Made by a program: the position numbers and the translations under genes. Positions 38,641-52,238 of a stretch of DNA of 59,645 bases are shown piece by piece. Origin of the DNA: Octopus bimaculoides (taxonomy: Eukaryota); the NCBI RefSeq assembly GCF_001194135.2, contig NC_068998.1, positions 37,716,889-37,776,533 of the forward strand. Reading direction: 5' to 3'. The notes under the pieces were generated by a model that was given only the letters and a program-made list of their open reading frames with translations, made no database searches and had not been told where the DNA came from. Within the stretch, counting starts at the first letter, position 1. Each line of letters begins with the position of its first letter.

Positions 38641-39084
38641 AAGAGAGAGAATATAAAAAAAACTTATGAAAAAATATACATTAAGAAGAGGACATCATCA
38701 ACGAGTGAAAAATACGTAGACACACAACGACAGGCGACTCTGCACTCTGTTCCCTATTTTCTTTTCCTTCTCTCTGTTCCTCTATCATCCTCTATATCTC
38801 TTTTTCTCCACCTCCTTCTATGTTGTCCCCTGTCTGTCTTTCTTTCACTACTATCTTTCTTTCCTTCTCCCTTCTCCTCATTCCCTTTGTTTCTCTCCTT
38901 CATCCTCTCTGTTTCCCCCTTCCCCTCTGCCTGTTGCTTACACGTGACTACAGGCCATTTTTCTTGTCTCTCTGTCTTTTCTGAATTAGACGGCCAGCCA
39001 GCTGGACGTCATTTCCTTCGTCTCTCGATATTTTTTCTCTTCTACAGTTTATTCTATATCCTAGTTTATTCTATATATCCACAT

Positions 39085-39230
39085 ATATACGACGGACATC
39101 TTTCAGTTTCCGTTTCACAAGGTTTTTGTCGGCCCAAGGCTATGGTAGAAAATTACTTGTCCAAGGTGCTACACGGTGGGATTGAACCCAGATCCTTGTG
39201 GTTGGGAAGCAAGCCTCTTATCACCCGGCC
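39085..39230 (-). mobile_element. Head half of a family-F SINE
   Basis: Matches 58835-58987 and 58179-58330. Confidence 0.8.
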
Positions 39231-39459
39231 AAAATTATCTGGTGACACATTAGATAATGTAGTCAGAGAAAATCTTTAAAAAATAATAGGTAAAAGAGAT
39301 GGTCCTGATTGGTACGTCTTTGATCATAAGTTGGTCTGCTTGACAAGAGTTGACAGGGGAATAAACAAGAACAGCAATGGAACCATCATCATTACTTCTG
39401 CCATACTGGCACCAGTTAAGTCACCTGACACTTCAGACCGACTTTGAATAATTCTTTAA

Positions 39460-39470
39460 TACCACTACTT

Positions 39471-39504
<34 letters not shown>

Positions 39505-39807
39505 CTCCATCACCACCACCACTGCCGCTACTACTACAACTACTACTACTATTACGACTATCACCGCCACCACCACCTCTGCTACCAGCTCTCTTGTTCT
39601 TATCTGTTTCCCCCTACCCAATCTCCGTGCTATTATCTACTCATCCTATTCCTCACAGTATGTTACCTGTCACCACACCAAGGCTACCACCACCAGCATC
39701 ACAACAGCCATCACGACAGTCATTAGCATTGCCATCAACATACCATCAACACCACCACCACCACCACCACTAATACTACCACCACGACATTCACCACCAC
39801 AACAACA

Positions 39808-39839
<32 letters not shown>

Positions 39840-39851
39840 TACTACTACTAT

Positions 39852-39889
<38 letters not shown>

Positions 39890-40260
39890 TTACTACTACT
39901 ACTACTACTACTATTACTACTACTACTACTATTACTACTACTACTACTACTACTACTACTAGTGCTACTACTACTGCACTAATGCCAGTATCGTTATCGC
40001 AACCCTCATCGCTACCCCCACAGCTACCCTCAGCACCACCACCTAACAACTGCCAACCATCACATCACCACCAGCAACAACAACAACACCATCCATCATA
40101 ACATCATCAACAATAACAACAATAGCAACCACAACGACAACCATACTTCGGGTCTTGCTCGCGCGTCTTTGTTTTCGTGCCATCGTTGTTGTTGTTGTTT
40201 GTGGCGGTGGTGGTGGTGGTGGTGGCGGTGGTGGTGGTAGCACTGCTGATGATGGCGATG
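39460..40260. repeat. (CTA)/(CCA)/(CAA) compound trinucleotide region
   Basis: Visible runs. Confidence 0.92.
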
Positions 40261-40282
40261 TTTTTCCTTTCTACGTACGATA

Positions 40283-41170
40283 GGCAAACGGCCTGAAATT
40301 TGTAGGAAAGTTCTAGTGCTCAGAAGGTAAATATTTTATTGGCCCCGAAAGGATGAAATGTAAAAGTGACCTGAGCGGGATTTGAACTCAGAAAGTAAAT
40401 GACCGAAAGAAATGACGCTAAACATCTAACGACTCTGCCACCGCGCCGCCTTCAACATGATGACAACTATTTCAAATTTTAACGTAAAACCAGGAGTTTC
40501 CGGTCAGTCGAATACATCGACTTATTTTATCGACTCCGAGAGGAAGAAAGACAAACTTGACCTCGCCAGGATTCGAACAAAGAACAGGACAAATATCACA
40601 AAGAAATTTCTTTCGTTGTGCAGACGATTCTTAATAATGGATTCAAATTTTGGCACAAGACCAGCAGTTTCGGCCCCAGTGTTCAACTGGTGCTATTTTA
40701 TCGACGCCGAAAAGAAGACAGGCAAAGTCGACCTTGGCAGAATTTTAACTCAGCTGATAGAAACTTGCCGTTATACAATCTGTAATTGGAACGGCAAAGC
40801 TTTGCAAGATATTTCTAAAGTTCAGCATCAAACTCTTCACTATTAGCCAAGAAACAAATCGATGGAACTGGTTTTGTCTCTTACTTCAATATCTGATCCT
40901 CGTATATCAGAAAAATTCAAATAATTAATAGAATAAAATATAAGAAAAACCTTTCTTAATAGTCCTTAATGGTACAAAGCCTGAAATTTGGTGGGAGCGG
41001 GGTTAAGTCCATCACATCGACCCCAGTGTTTCAATGGTACTTAATTGATCGACCCCGAAAGAATGACAAAGCACAGTCGACCTCGGTGGAATTTGAACTC
41101 AGAGCATAAAAGCGGGTGAAACGCTGCGAAGCAGTTTCTCCGGCGTGCTAACGATTCTATCAGCTCACCA
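40283..41170 (-). mobile_element. Cluster of four old family-C SINE copies
   Basis: Approx 40283-40452, 40470-40600, 40635-40770 and 40975-41170, each with ATCGACCCCGAAAG...AAAGTCGACCTCGG...TTTGAACTC variants. Confidence 0.82.
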
Positions 41171-41569
41171 CCGGCTTCTGGAATTCTAATAACAACCATA
41201 GAAATAATAACATTCATAACGTTTCCGTTGCTTATTTATTTCTAAATCGGGTTGAATTATTCATAATTACCCCTCTTTTCTCCGATTCTCACAATCTATC
41301 AATCTAGTGAGTTGTGCATATATGGGTGTATATGTGTGGTGTATCTAAGCCGAGTACCATGTCGTCGCTGGGTATTTTTCATAATGTTGCAATGTAGGTG
41401 TGCCACTCCGAAAGACACTGACAAGACTTTCGGTATAGCACACCCGTATAAGTTGGATTTTCTCCCCTTCGACTGGGATTTTTCAAATTTGTTTTTCACC
41501 ACACCCTTGCAAATGATGATGGGAAGCTTTTTATGAAAAACATTTCGGAAAATTTATGAGTCTCCCCCG

Positions 41570-41641
<72 letters not shown>

Positions 41642-43760
41642 GCACTACGGAACAATAGGAGACGCTTTTTCGGTAAAAAAAATATGTTTTTGAAGATTTA
41701 TGAATTTTTGGTCAACACACTCAAAAACGATGGGAAAAGCCTTGAAGGTTAAAAAACAATTGGAAATCGGATACACACATACATACATACATATATTCTT
41801 TTGATTTACAATGTGATAAGTTCATCCTATGGGCCAACGAAACTGTTATTAAATAATATATACTTACAATACATACTTATATACACACACACACTTAAAC
41901 ACACAGACATACACACACGCTCACATTCCCTACAACTATCAGTTGATATGTATGTGTGTGTGTGTGTGTGTGTCGTACATATTTCTGTGTATGTATGTAT
42001 GTGTACATATGTATGTATATATATATNNNNNNNNNNNNNNNNNNNNNNNNNNNNNNNNNNNNNNNNNNNNNNNNNNNNNNNNNNNNNNNNNNNNNNNNNN
42101 NNNNNNNNNNNNNNNNNNNNNNNNNNNNNNNNNNNNNNNNNNNNNNNNNNNNNNNNNNNNNNNNNNNNNNNNNNNNNNNNNNNNNNNNNNNNNNNNNNNN
42201 NNNNNNNNNNNNNNNNNNNNNNNNNNNNNNNNNNNNNNNNNNNNNNNNNNNNNNNNNNNNNNNNNNNNNNNNNNNNNNNNNNNNNNNNNNNNNNNNNNNN
42301 NNNNNNNNNNNNNNNNNNNNNNNNNNNNNNNNNNNNNNNNNNNNNNNNNNNNNNNNNNNNNNNNNNNNNNNNNNNNNNNNNNNNNNNNNNNNNNNNNNNN
42401 NNNNNNNNNNNNNNNNNNNNNNNNNNNNNNNNNNNNNNNNNNNNNNNNNNNNNNNNNNNNNNNNNNNNNNNNNNNNNNNNNNNNNNNNNNNNNNNNNNNN
42501 NNNNNNNNNNNNNNNNNNNNNNNNNNNNNNNNNNNNNNNNNNNNNNNNNNNNNNNNNNNNNNNNNNNNNNNNNNNNNNNNNNNNNNNNNNNNNNNNNNNN
42601 NNNNNNNNNNNNNNNNNNNNNNNNNNNNNNNNNNNNNNNNNNNNNNNNNNNNNNNNNNNNNNNNNNNNNNNNNNNNNNNNNNNNNNNNNNNNNNNNNNNN
42701 NNNNNNNNNNNNNNNNNNNNNNNNNNNNNNNNNNNNNNNNNNNNNNNNNNNNNNNNNNNNNNNNNNNNNNNNNNNNNNNNNNNNNNNNNNNNNNNNNNNN
42801 NNNNNNNNNNNNNNNNNNNNNNNNNNNNNNNNNNNNNNNNNNNNNNNNNNNNNNNNNNNNNNNNNNNNNNNNNNNNNNNNNNNNNNNNNNNNNNNNNNNN
42901 NATATACATACACAAACATATATACATTCATACATACATATAAACATAATTACATACATAATGACAAACGTACATAGAAACATACTTACATACAAATATA
43001 CATGGCAAGCATGTGTAATAACACACAAAAGTACATATATAATGACAACCATACATACATTCATACATACATACATACATACATAAATACATACATACAT
43101 ACATACATACATACATACATAAATACATACATACATACATACATACATACGTACATACATACATACATACGCACACATTCATACATACATAATGACAAAC
43201 AGAATGTTTACACTTTGAAATCCAATATTTTTTTTCCTTTCGTTTCCGCCCTCAAGACAGCAATTAATCAGTGTCCCCTCTGATTATAAATGAACTCATT
43301 CATACCCACCACCGTCAAAACTGTACTGAACTATATACCCTGATTATAGGTTTTCGTTTGTTTGCGACGACATTGCGCCGTGAGAACCGGGTGAGATGAA
43401 GTCCTCTAAAGAACGACGCAGTTGAATACTATAGCAAACGACTGACCCACATCAAACCACAATACGAACCGCACAGTTTGCGACACACAGAAAATCTATT
43501 TACTATGTACGTAACTATTATCAGTATTGTTAAACTCCTTGAATCACCTGTACTTGAGATCTAACCTTGGTAAGGTTGTTGTTGTTGCTGCTGCTGCTGC
43601 TACTACTGATGATGATGATGATGATGATGCCGCTGCTGGTGCTATTTAACTCTACGTCAGTCCGAATCAAAGCGGACCTCGAATCAAAGACATTTCAACT
43701 GTGATAATGTCATTTTTCCTTTAGAAATCTTAGTGTGCACATATTTAACAGTTACTATTA

Positions 43761-43996
43761 AGACGGTGAGCTGACAGAAACGTTAGCACGCCGGGCGAAA
43801 TGCTTAGCAGTATTTCGGCTGCCGCTACGTTCTGAGTTCAAATTCCGCCGAGGTTGACTTTGCCTTTCATCCTTTCGGGGTCGATTAAATAAGTACCAGT
43901 TACGCACTGGGGTCGATATAATCGACCTAATCCGTTTGTCTGTCCTTGTTTGTCCCCTCTGTGTGTAACCCCTTGTGGGCAGTAAAGAAATAAGAA
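43761..43996 (+). mobile_element. Family-C SINE, long-tail variant
   Basis: Matches the reverse complement of 18506-18730, including tail CCCCTTGTGGGCA(G/A)TAAAGAAATAAGAA. Confidence 0.92.
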
Positions 43997-44190
43997 TCAT
44001 TAGTACGTCGGGTTAAATGCTTTGCGGCATTTCGTCCGTCTTAATGTTCTGAGTTCAAATTCCGCCGAGGTAGACTTTGCCTTTCATTCTTTCGGAGTCG
44101 ATTGAATAAGTACCAGTTACGCACTGGAGTCGATGTAATCGATTTAATCTCTTTCCCCATATTTCAGGCCGTGTGTCTATAGTAGAAAGG

Positions 44191-44265
<75 letters not shown>
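43997..44265 (+). mobile_element. Family-C SINE lacking its first ~20 nt, with tail ending GTAGAAAGG plus (ATT)n
   Basis: Family-C body; (ATT)n at 44191-44265. Confidence 0.85.
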
Positions 44266-44463
44266 GCCTTTGCACAGCTTCTAACGCTGGAGATGTACTA
44301 CGGTGTCAGCTGTTCACTACCAGTGAACTAAGGTAACACCTCTTATTTTTCGAGCACCATCCAGAGTATTCGAGCGGTTCCAAGAAGTGCTGTTTTCTGC
44401 AAGTGCTCCATCCTTATTGCAGCCCCTATTTGTTTCACGTACTTCTCGAGATTTTTGCTCACT
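44266..44463 (-). mobile_element. 3' end of an R4/Dong-like LINE
   Basis: Minus strand reads VSKNLEKYVKQIGAAIRMEHLQKTALLGTARILWMVLEK*, then a short UTR running into (AAT)n. Confidence 0.82.
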
Positions 44464-44464
44464 G

Positions 44465-44611
44465 TTCAGAGTTCAAATTCTGCTGAGATCGACTTTGCCT
44501 TTCATCCTTTCGGGGTCGATAAATTAAGTACCAGTAGAGTACTGGGTTCGATGTGATCGACTGTCCCCCTCCCCACAAAATCCAGGCCTTGTGGCTATAG
44601 TAGAAAGGATT
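44465..44611 (+). mobile_element. 5'-truncated family-C SINE
   Basis: Starts at the B box GAGTTCAAATTC and ends GTAGAAAGGATT. Confidence 0.87.
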
Positions 44612-45645
44612 ACGTCTTTCCGCAGCTCATCTCATTGACAGAGCTGCAGTCATGGGTCAAACGTAGACCAAGGTTGGGCATTTCGCATCTAGAATGTTTC
44701 CAGGCGCTCACTGCATTGTACCAGCTGCCCAAAACCGTTCGCGGGAAAACAACTCAAGATTTCTATAGGGGGCTAGTTGAGGGTGTGAATGATGATGGCC
44801 TAGGATTGAATCTAGTCATCAACGAGAACAGTTTGAGTAGTCTCTTCCAGAGGACCTTCAGGTCGGAGGTCATGAAAAATTTCAAAAAGTCTTTGGCTTG
44901 GCAGTGCTACAGAAGGCCATTGCTCGTTCGAGACAAGCTCTTCAGGCATGAAAGTGCCAACAGCCGAACCTGCCCGAAATGCTTGCAGGTGGACGAAACC
45001 GTCCTGCATGCAATAACTCAATGTCCGAACATTAGAGAGTTGTGGGAGAGTGTGGAGCAGCTGTTGTCGTAAATAAGACAAATTCAGCTGTCTACTGAGT
45101 GTATAGTGAAGATCAACACACCAACTTCCCTTAGCTGAGAAGGAGGGCAGATCTTTCTCTGCTTAGTGGCTGTGGCAAAAGAGGCTGTGTGGTGGACCCA
45201 TCTGAAAGGTTTGAAGACAGGCACATTCCTATCTGGTTAAGCACTCGTCAATTTCTTCAAATATCATTTGAAGAGGAAGGTGAGGGTAGAGAGGGAGATG
45301 CTGCCTTCTAGTGCGTTTATCAAAAGGTGGTTGACAGTGGCAAGACTGGTGAGACTGAATGGATCTACTCTGAATATGCTTTTCTAAGCAGGAGGAAAGA
45401 CACTGGAAGAGGACACCTTTTCATGCCTTGGAGATGGCAGAGTAATCCGGGATTTCCATGTGGGGTTTACCCCAGATTACTCTAAGTAGACTGACTCGTT
45501 TTGGGGTATTCTATTTATTTATTTATTTATTTATTATTTCTCTATTTTCTATTAAATATTTTCTGTTGTATCCTTTAATGTGGTAGTATCTCTCCTTGAT
45601 TGATGTTAACCCCACATGTCTTGGGCCCTTGTGGCCAATAGAAGC
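44612..45645 (+). mobile_element. 5'-truncated Tx1/L1-clade LINE: ORF2 C-terminus (zf-RVT) and 3' UTR
   Basis: One frame 44614-45387 with three internal stops and no frameshift: LAWQCYRRPLLVRDKL, CPKCLQVDETVLHAITQCPNIRELW (CCHC), KEAVWW, FIKRW. The UTR ends CCCTTGTGGCCAATA followed by (CAT)n/(ATT)n. Confidence 0.85.
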
Positions 45646-45695
45646 AGTCATCATCATCATCATCATCATCATTATTATTGTTATTATTATTATTA

Positions 45696-46030
45696 AGGCG
45701 GCGAGCTAGCAGAATCGGTAGCACGCCAGGCAAGATGCATTAGAGGCATTTCGTCCGTCTTTACGTTCTGAGTTCAAATTCCGCCGAGGTCGACTTTGCT
45801 TTTCATCCTTTGAAGGTCGATAAAATACGTACCAGTTGAACACCGGGATCGAAATAATCGATATTCCCCCAAACCCCGCATTTCCTAGGTTTGTGAAATT
45901 TAAAGCTAAAGCGATAAACTGGCAGATGCATCTCCGCGTCGAACAAAATTCTTAAGCGGCGTTTCTTCTATCTTTACATTCTGGGTTCAAATTACTCCAA
46001 GTTTGACTCTGCCTTTCATCCTTTCGAAGA
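45696..46030 (+). mobile_element. Two tandem family-C SINE copies
   Basis: Approx 45696-45900 and 45905-46030. Confidence 0.85.
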
Positions 46031-46566
46031 ACGTTACTCCAGAGATCCCTCGAAGGAATTTTATTTTGGCCTCTTCTATTCACTCTTTTCTCTCATTGCC
46101 CAATATTCGTAACCATTAGTGAAAAATCGAATTGAAAATTGTGAGTTTGATTTTTCGTCCAACTCTCCTCTTCTAAAGATCGAATGCTAGCCGATGTGTG
46201 AGGTAACGGTAAATAGGCTTTTGATGGGTAAAAATAAGATTGTTGGGGACACAAACCAAACCCTAGGTCACACGTCCTGAGCCGAGAGAATGTGGGACAG
46301 AGAGAGGTCCCTGAGCAAACATTGCAGAGGTGCGATCTGAGAAAAAGTCACTAATCCAAGAGACTAGAGACAGGTGAACACTGTAGGTGGGTAAATTTTG
46401 ACGTCGGATTTGCATGCCAGACACGGTTGAGAGCTTTACTGACGCGGATTATGTACACCAACAATATGGCTGAGTGAAATACTGCGGGAAAGCGTTCTGC
46501 ATATTAAATATAAATATGGTAGGTTCTCACATATCTAATATAATGAATTGAAACATTCCAATTGAC

Positions 46567-46576
46567 TGATGTGTGT

Positions 46577-46657
<81 letters not shown>

Positions 46658-47700
46658 GTAGGTGCGCTTGTGCGTGTGTGTGTTGTAGGTGCGCTTGTGT
46701 GTGTGTGTGAGTGTCGTGGGATAGAGAATTTGGGTCCGTTGAACAAATAATAAATTGTTTCTTTTGACTAGGAGCAACATATAAATATTTGAAAACGTAG
46801 GACTGTATGGGAATGTGTGTTCATGCCTTTCCCAAGGCCATTAGAGAGGAGAGAGGAGCGAAACTACATGAACTGGGAGTTGAAAATAGTTTATAAAACG
46901 CTCGTACATATACACCCACTCATACACGCATACGCACATATAGACATACAAAATCAACACACACACAGACAACCATATTAAAATACGCACACAAATACAC
47001 ACACAGGAAGACAAAGACACACATAGCGTACTAACAAACAAACATGAGGCTATAAAATCAACCACATGCATACATACACACGCATACAAAAATTTATAGA
47101 AATACACACACACGTAAACAGAGACAAAACCATATATAATCAGGCACTAACAGACATATAGCACACACACATAAATATACATACATACATGCATACATAC
47201 GTACATACATGAATACATACATGCAAACATACATACATGCATATATACATACATGCATACATGCATAAACACATACATAGATATGAACATACGTACATAC
47301 ATGCATACATACATATATCCATACATATATACTTGCATACATACATAAATACATACATACATACAAACATGCATGCATGCATGTATGCATACATACATAC
47401 ATACGTGAATACATGCATAAATACATACATACATGCATACATACATACAGACATACGTACATACATACATACGTACATACATACATACATACACACACAT
47501 ACATACATACATACATACACACACACATACATACATACATGCATACATACATACACACACACATACATGCATGCATACATACACACACACCCACATACAT
47601 ACATACATGTATAAATAAATACATACATACATACACACGCACACACACATACATACATACATACATACATACATACATACAAACAAACAAGCAACCAAAC
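46567..47700. repeat. (GT)n and long degenerate (CATA)/(CA) microsatellite region
   Basis: Visible runs; source of many spurious MYVC ORFs. Confidence 0.92.
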
Positions 47701-47939
47701 TGTGTGTAGGTACATATTGACATTAAAGAGTGGCAGTTAGAAACCATCGCCGTTTAACACCCCAGAATATCTTGTTTTGGGGCACCTTTACCAGAATTCA
47801 CTCCGAAGCAAACAATTACACCAGGGCACTGGCCTGAAGATAACCCCTCATCCTTTCCCATCTACCAATAATAGAGACCCTAAAAAGAGTTTCCATGAGA
47901 GATGCCTCCCTCCTCGTATTAATAATGACTTGCAATTTT

Positions 47940-48334
47940 ATGAGATGGGTTTAAGTCGATTTCACCGACCCCCTGATGCTCAGCTGGTATTTATTTTATC
48001 GACCCCGAAAGGATGAAAGTCAAAGTCAGCCTTGGCGGAATTTGAAATCAGGAAGTAAAGACGGATGAAATGTGGCTAAGTATTTTGTCTTGTGTGCTAA
48101 GGATTCTGCCAGCTTACCATTTTAAGCTATGTAAGTAATAATCCTTTCTACTAAAGACACAAGGCCTGAAATTTTGAAGCAAGGGACTAGTCGATTACAT
48201 AGACCCCAGTGTTTCACTAGTACTTAATTTATGGACCTCGAGAGGATGAAAGGCAAAGTTGACCTCAAGGGAGTTTGAACTCAGAATGTAGCGACGGGCG
48301 AAATACCGCAAAACAATTCGTCCTGCGTGCTAAC
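47940..48334 (-). mobile_element. Two family-C SINE copies, the second running into an N gap
   Basis: Approx 47940-48120 and 48140-48334. Confidence 0.85.
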
Positions 48335-49600
48335 NNNNNNNNNNNNNNNNNNNNNNNNNNNNNNNNNNNNNNNNNNNNNNNNNNNNNNNNNNNNNNNNNN
48401 NNNNNNNNNNNNNNNNNNNNNNNNNNNNNNNNNNNNNNNNNNNNNNNNNNNNNNNNNNNNNNNNNNNNNNNNNNNNNNNNNNNNNNNNNNNNNNNNNNNN
48501 NNNNNNNNNNNNNNNNNNNNNNNNNNNNNNNNNNNNNNNNNNNNNNNNNNNNNNNNNNNNNNNNNNNNNNNNNNNNNNNNNNNNNNNNNNNNNNNNNNNN
48601 NNNNNNNNNNNNNNNNNNNNNNNNNNNNNNNNNNNNNNNNNNNNNNNNNNNNNNNNNNNNNNNNNNNNNNNNNNNNNNNNNNNNNNNNNNNNNNNNNNNN
48701 NNNNNNNNNNNNNNNNNNNNNNNNNNNNNNNNNNNNNNNNNNNNNNNNNNNNNNNNNNNNNNNNNNNNNNNNNNNNNNNNNNNNNNNNNNNNNNNNNNNN
48801 NNNNNNNNNNNNNNNNNNNNNNNNNNNNNNNNNNNNNNNNNNNNNNNNNNNNNNNNNNNNNNNNNNNNNNNNNNNNNNNNNNNNNNNNNNNNNNNNNNNN
48901 NNNNNNNNNNNNNNNNNNNNNNNNNNNNNNNNNNNNNNNNNNNNNNNNNNNNNNNNNNNNNNNNNNNNNNNNNNNNNNNNNNNNNNNNNNNNNNNNNNNN
49001 NNNNNNNNNNNNNNNNNNNNNNNNNNNNNNNNNNNNNNNNNNNNNNNNNNNNNNNNNNNNNNNNNNNNNNNNNNNNNNNNNNNNNNNNNNNNNNNNNNNN
49101 NNNNNNNNNNNNNNNNNNNNNNNNNNNNNNNNNNNNNNNNNNNNNNNNNNNNNNNNNNNNNNNNNNNNNNNNNNNNNNNNNNNNNNNNNNNNNNNNNNNN
49201 NNNNNNNNNNNNNNNNNNNNNNNNNNNNNNNNNNNNNNNNNNNNNNNNNNNNNNNNNNNNNNNNNNNNNNACCACCACCACCACCATCATCATTATCTTC
49301 AGTAACAGTCGCCAACATAAACCTTTTCATCGCCATAATTATCGCCACCACCACCACCACGACCATCGTCTTAATTATCGCCACTAGCACAATCATTCCA
49401 TCATCATCATCACCACCACCGACCTCATCATCTGCTGCACCTCCACAACCACCACCTTCACCTTCACCGCCTTCACTCCACCATTATCATTATCATCGCC
49501 ACCATAACATCAATACTATTACCACCGAAACCTATATCATTACCACCACCACCACCACTACCACCACCACCACTACCACCACCACCACCANNNNNNNNNN

Positions 49601-50050
49601 GTGTTTCACTAGTACTTAATTTATGGACCTCGAGAGGATGAAAGGCAAAGTTGACCTCAAGGGAGTTTGAACTCAGAATGTAGCGACGGGCGAAATACCG
49701 CAAAACAATTCGTCCTGCGTGCTAACGATTCTGCCAGCTCAATCCTCTGTACTTTAGGAATAAGACTCACCAGCGTAGCTAAAATGTGTGTCTCTCGAGG
49801 CAGCCCTTCAGTTTTCCATCCCCACAAAAAATACATATTGCCTACAGCAGACCCAAAAGTGGCGCCGCTACCCCCTCTAAATACGCTCGTGACCTGGAGC
49901 TGTTGAGAGAGGGGGAAAATCGATTACATCGATCCCAATACACGACTGGTACAACGATTCGGAAGGGATGAATGGTAAAATGAAAGTAGAGACGGACGAA
50001 ATGCCGTCAAGCATTTTGTCCAGCGTGCTAACGATTCTGCCAACTCGAAA
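49601..50050 (-). mobile_element. Family-C SINE copies
   Basis: 49601-49742 (its first ~125 nt identical to 48209-48334) and approx 49910-50050. Confidence 0.82.
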
Positions 50051-50109
50051 CTCGTTTTTCAGTTTTTTCAGACATTTTCTATTGAGACATATTTCTTCAA
50101 CATTTGCAT

Positions 50110-50205
50110 TTCTTGATGATGAAGAAGAAGAAGAAGAAGAAGAAGAAGAAGAAGAAGAAGAAGAAGAAGGGGGAGGAGGAGGGGGAGGAGGAGGAGGAGA
50201 AGGAG

Positions 50206-50237
<32 letters not shown>

Positions 50238-51275
50238 TACGCACTTTTCGCTCCTCGCTACCATCGCGCTTCTAACACCACCGCCAACACCTTCACCATC
50301 ATCATCACCGACTTCATCATCTTCAGTACCATCACCTACCCCGTCTTCACCACCTTCACCCCCATCACCATCGTCACCAACAACGTCATCACCATCACCA
50401 TTACCTCCAAAACCATCATCATTACAAACAACACTTCCACCGTCATCAATAGCATCACTGCCAGCAGTACCACCACCACCACCANNNNNNNNNNNNNNNN
50501 NNNNNNNNNNNNNNNNNNNNNNNNNNNNNNNNNNNNNNNNNNNNNNNNNNNNNNNNNNNNNNNNNNNNNNNNNNNNNNNNNNNNNNNNNNNNNNNNNNNN
50601 NNNNNNNNNNNNNNNNNNNNNNNNNNNNNNNNNNNNNNNNNNNNNNNNNNNNNNNNNNNNNNNNNNNNNNNNNNNNNNNNNNNNNNNNNNNNNNNNNNNN
50701 NNNNNNNNNNNNNNNNNNNNNNNNNNNNNNNNNNNNNNNNNNNNNNNNNNNNNNNNNNNNNNNNNNNNNNNNNNNNNNNNNNNNNNNNNNNNNNNNNNNN
50801 NNNNNNNNNNNNNNNNNNNNNNNNNNNNNNNNNNNNNNNNNNNNNNNNNNNNNNNNNNNNNNNNNNNNNNNNNNNNNNNNNNNNNNNNNNNNNNNNNNNN
50901 NNNNNNNNNNNNNNNNNNNNNNNNNNNNNNNNNNNNNNNNNNNNNNNNNNNNNNNNNNNNNNNTACCGCCACCGCCGCCATCGTCATTCGATCACCACAA
51001 CCATTATTAAAATCTCTGCTATCACAACTGCCGCCATCTTACACAATAACGTCTTTTAAAAGGAAGGTAGGGCACACCAGATAAGAGAGAGAGAGAGGAG
51101 GGAGATAGAGGGACAGAGTGAGAGAGAGACAGACAGAGAGAGAGAGAGAGAGAGGGAGACAGAGGGACAGAGTGAGAGAGAGAGAGGGACAGAGTGAGAG
51201 AGACAGAGACAGAGAGAGAGACAGAGAGAGACAGAGAGAGAGACAGAGAGAGAGACAGAGAGAGAGACAGAGAGA
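50110..51275. repeat. (GAA)/(GGA)/(CAC/CAT) and (GA/GACA) repeats around an N gap
   Basis: Visible runs. Confidence 0.9.
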
Positions 51276-51762
51276 CGTAGCTGTTCCTATTGCTTTTTGT
51301 AGAATGGAAAGGCTTACGTTAGTGAAGTAGTAACAATGTAAACAGCTATTTATTTATAACATCTACATATAAAAGGGGACTTTTCAATGGACCCCATCTC
51401 TCCCTAGAGTCATTACATTCACTTGCCCCAGTTTCTTAGCTCCTATATTCACTGGTATGTACAGCAGAAACACACAGACACACACACATATACACACACA
51501 TATACACATGGACATGGGCACAAGCACGCACAAATACAAACACGAACACACACACATGCATATATACGTACATATGTATGTGGGGGGGGGGAGTGTATAG
51601 GAATAAGTGTATACGTATATATACACATATATACATATGTATACGTATGTTGTGTATGGTAGAGAGATGGACACTTGCATACGTTTTTATTTAATTTGTT
51701 TTTGCTGTACATATAACTAACGCTTTGTACGAAAGTGTATGGATGCGGGCACATATAGGTGA

Positions 51763-51795
<33 letters not shown>

Positions 51796-52131
51796 GTGTG
51801 AAGGCGCATGGCTCAGTGGTTAGAGCGTCGAGCTTACGATCGTGATGTTGTGAGTTCCCGGACCGAGCTGCGTGTTGTGTTCTTGAGCAAGACACTTTAT
51901 TTCACTTTATTTCTACCTCTTCTGTCAGCTGTAGAAATGAGTTGCGACGTCACTGGTGCCAAGCTGTATTGGCCTTTGCCTTTCTCTTGGATGACATCGG
52001 TGGTGTGGAGAGGGGAGGCTGGTATGCATGGGCGACTGCTGGCCTTCCACAAACAACCTTGCCCGGACTTGTGCCTGAGAGGGTAACTTTCTAGGTACAA
52101 TCCCATGGTCATTCATGACCGAAGGGGGTCT
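51796..52131 (+). mobile_element. tRNA-derived CORE-type SINE (family B)
   Basis: Head GAAGGCGCATGGCTCAGTGGTTAGAGCG; CORE-like TGTGTTCTTGAGCAAGACACTTTA...CAGCTGTAGAAATG; distinct 3' tail. Confidence 0.85.
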
Positions 52132-52149
52132 CCTCCTCTTCAGATAGAT

Positions 52150-52238
<89 letters not shown>

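Noticed and set aside
48209-49725. Identical ~125-bp SINE segment at 48209-48334 and 49601-49725
   Set aside because: Both copies abut N gaps and are 100% identical despite being diverged from the family; most likely a scaffolding overlap artefact.
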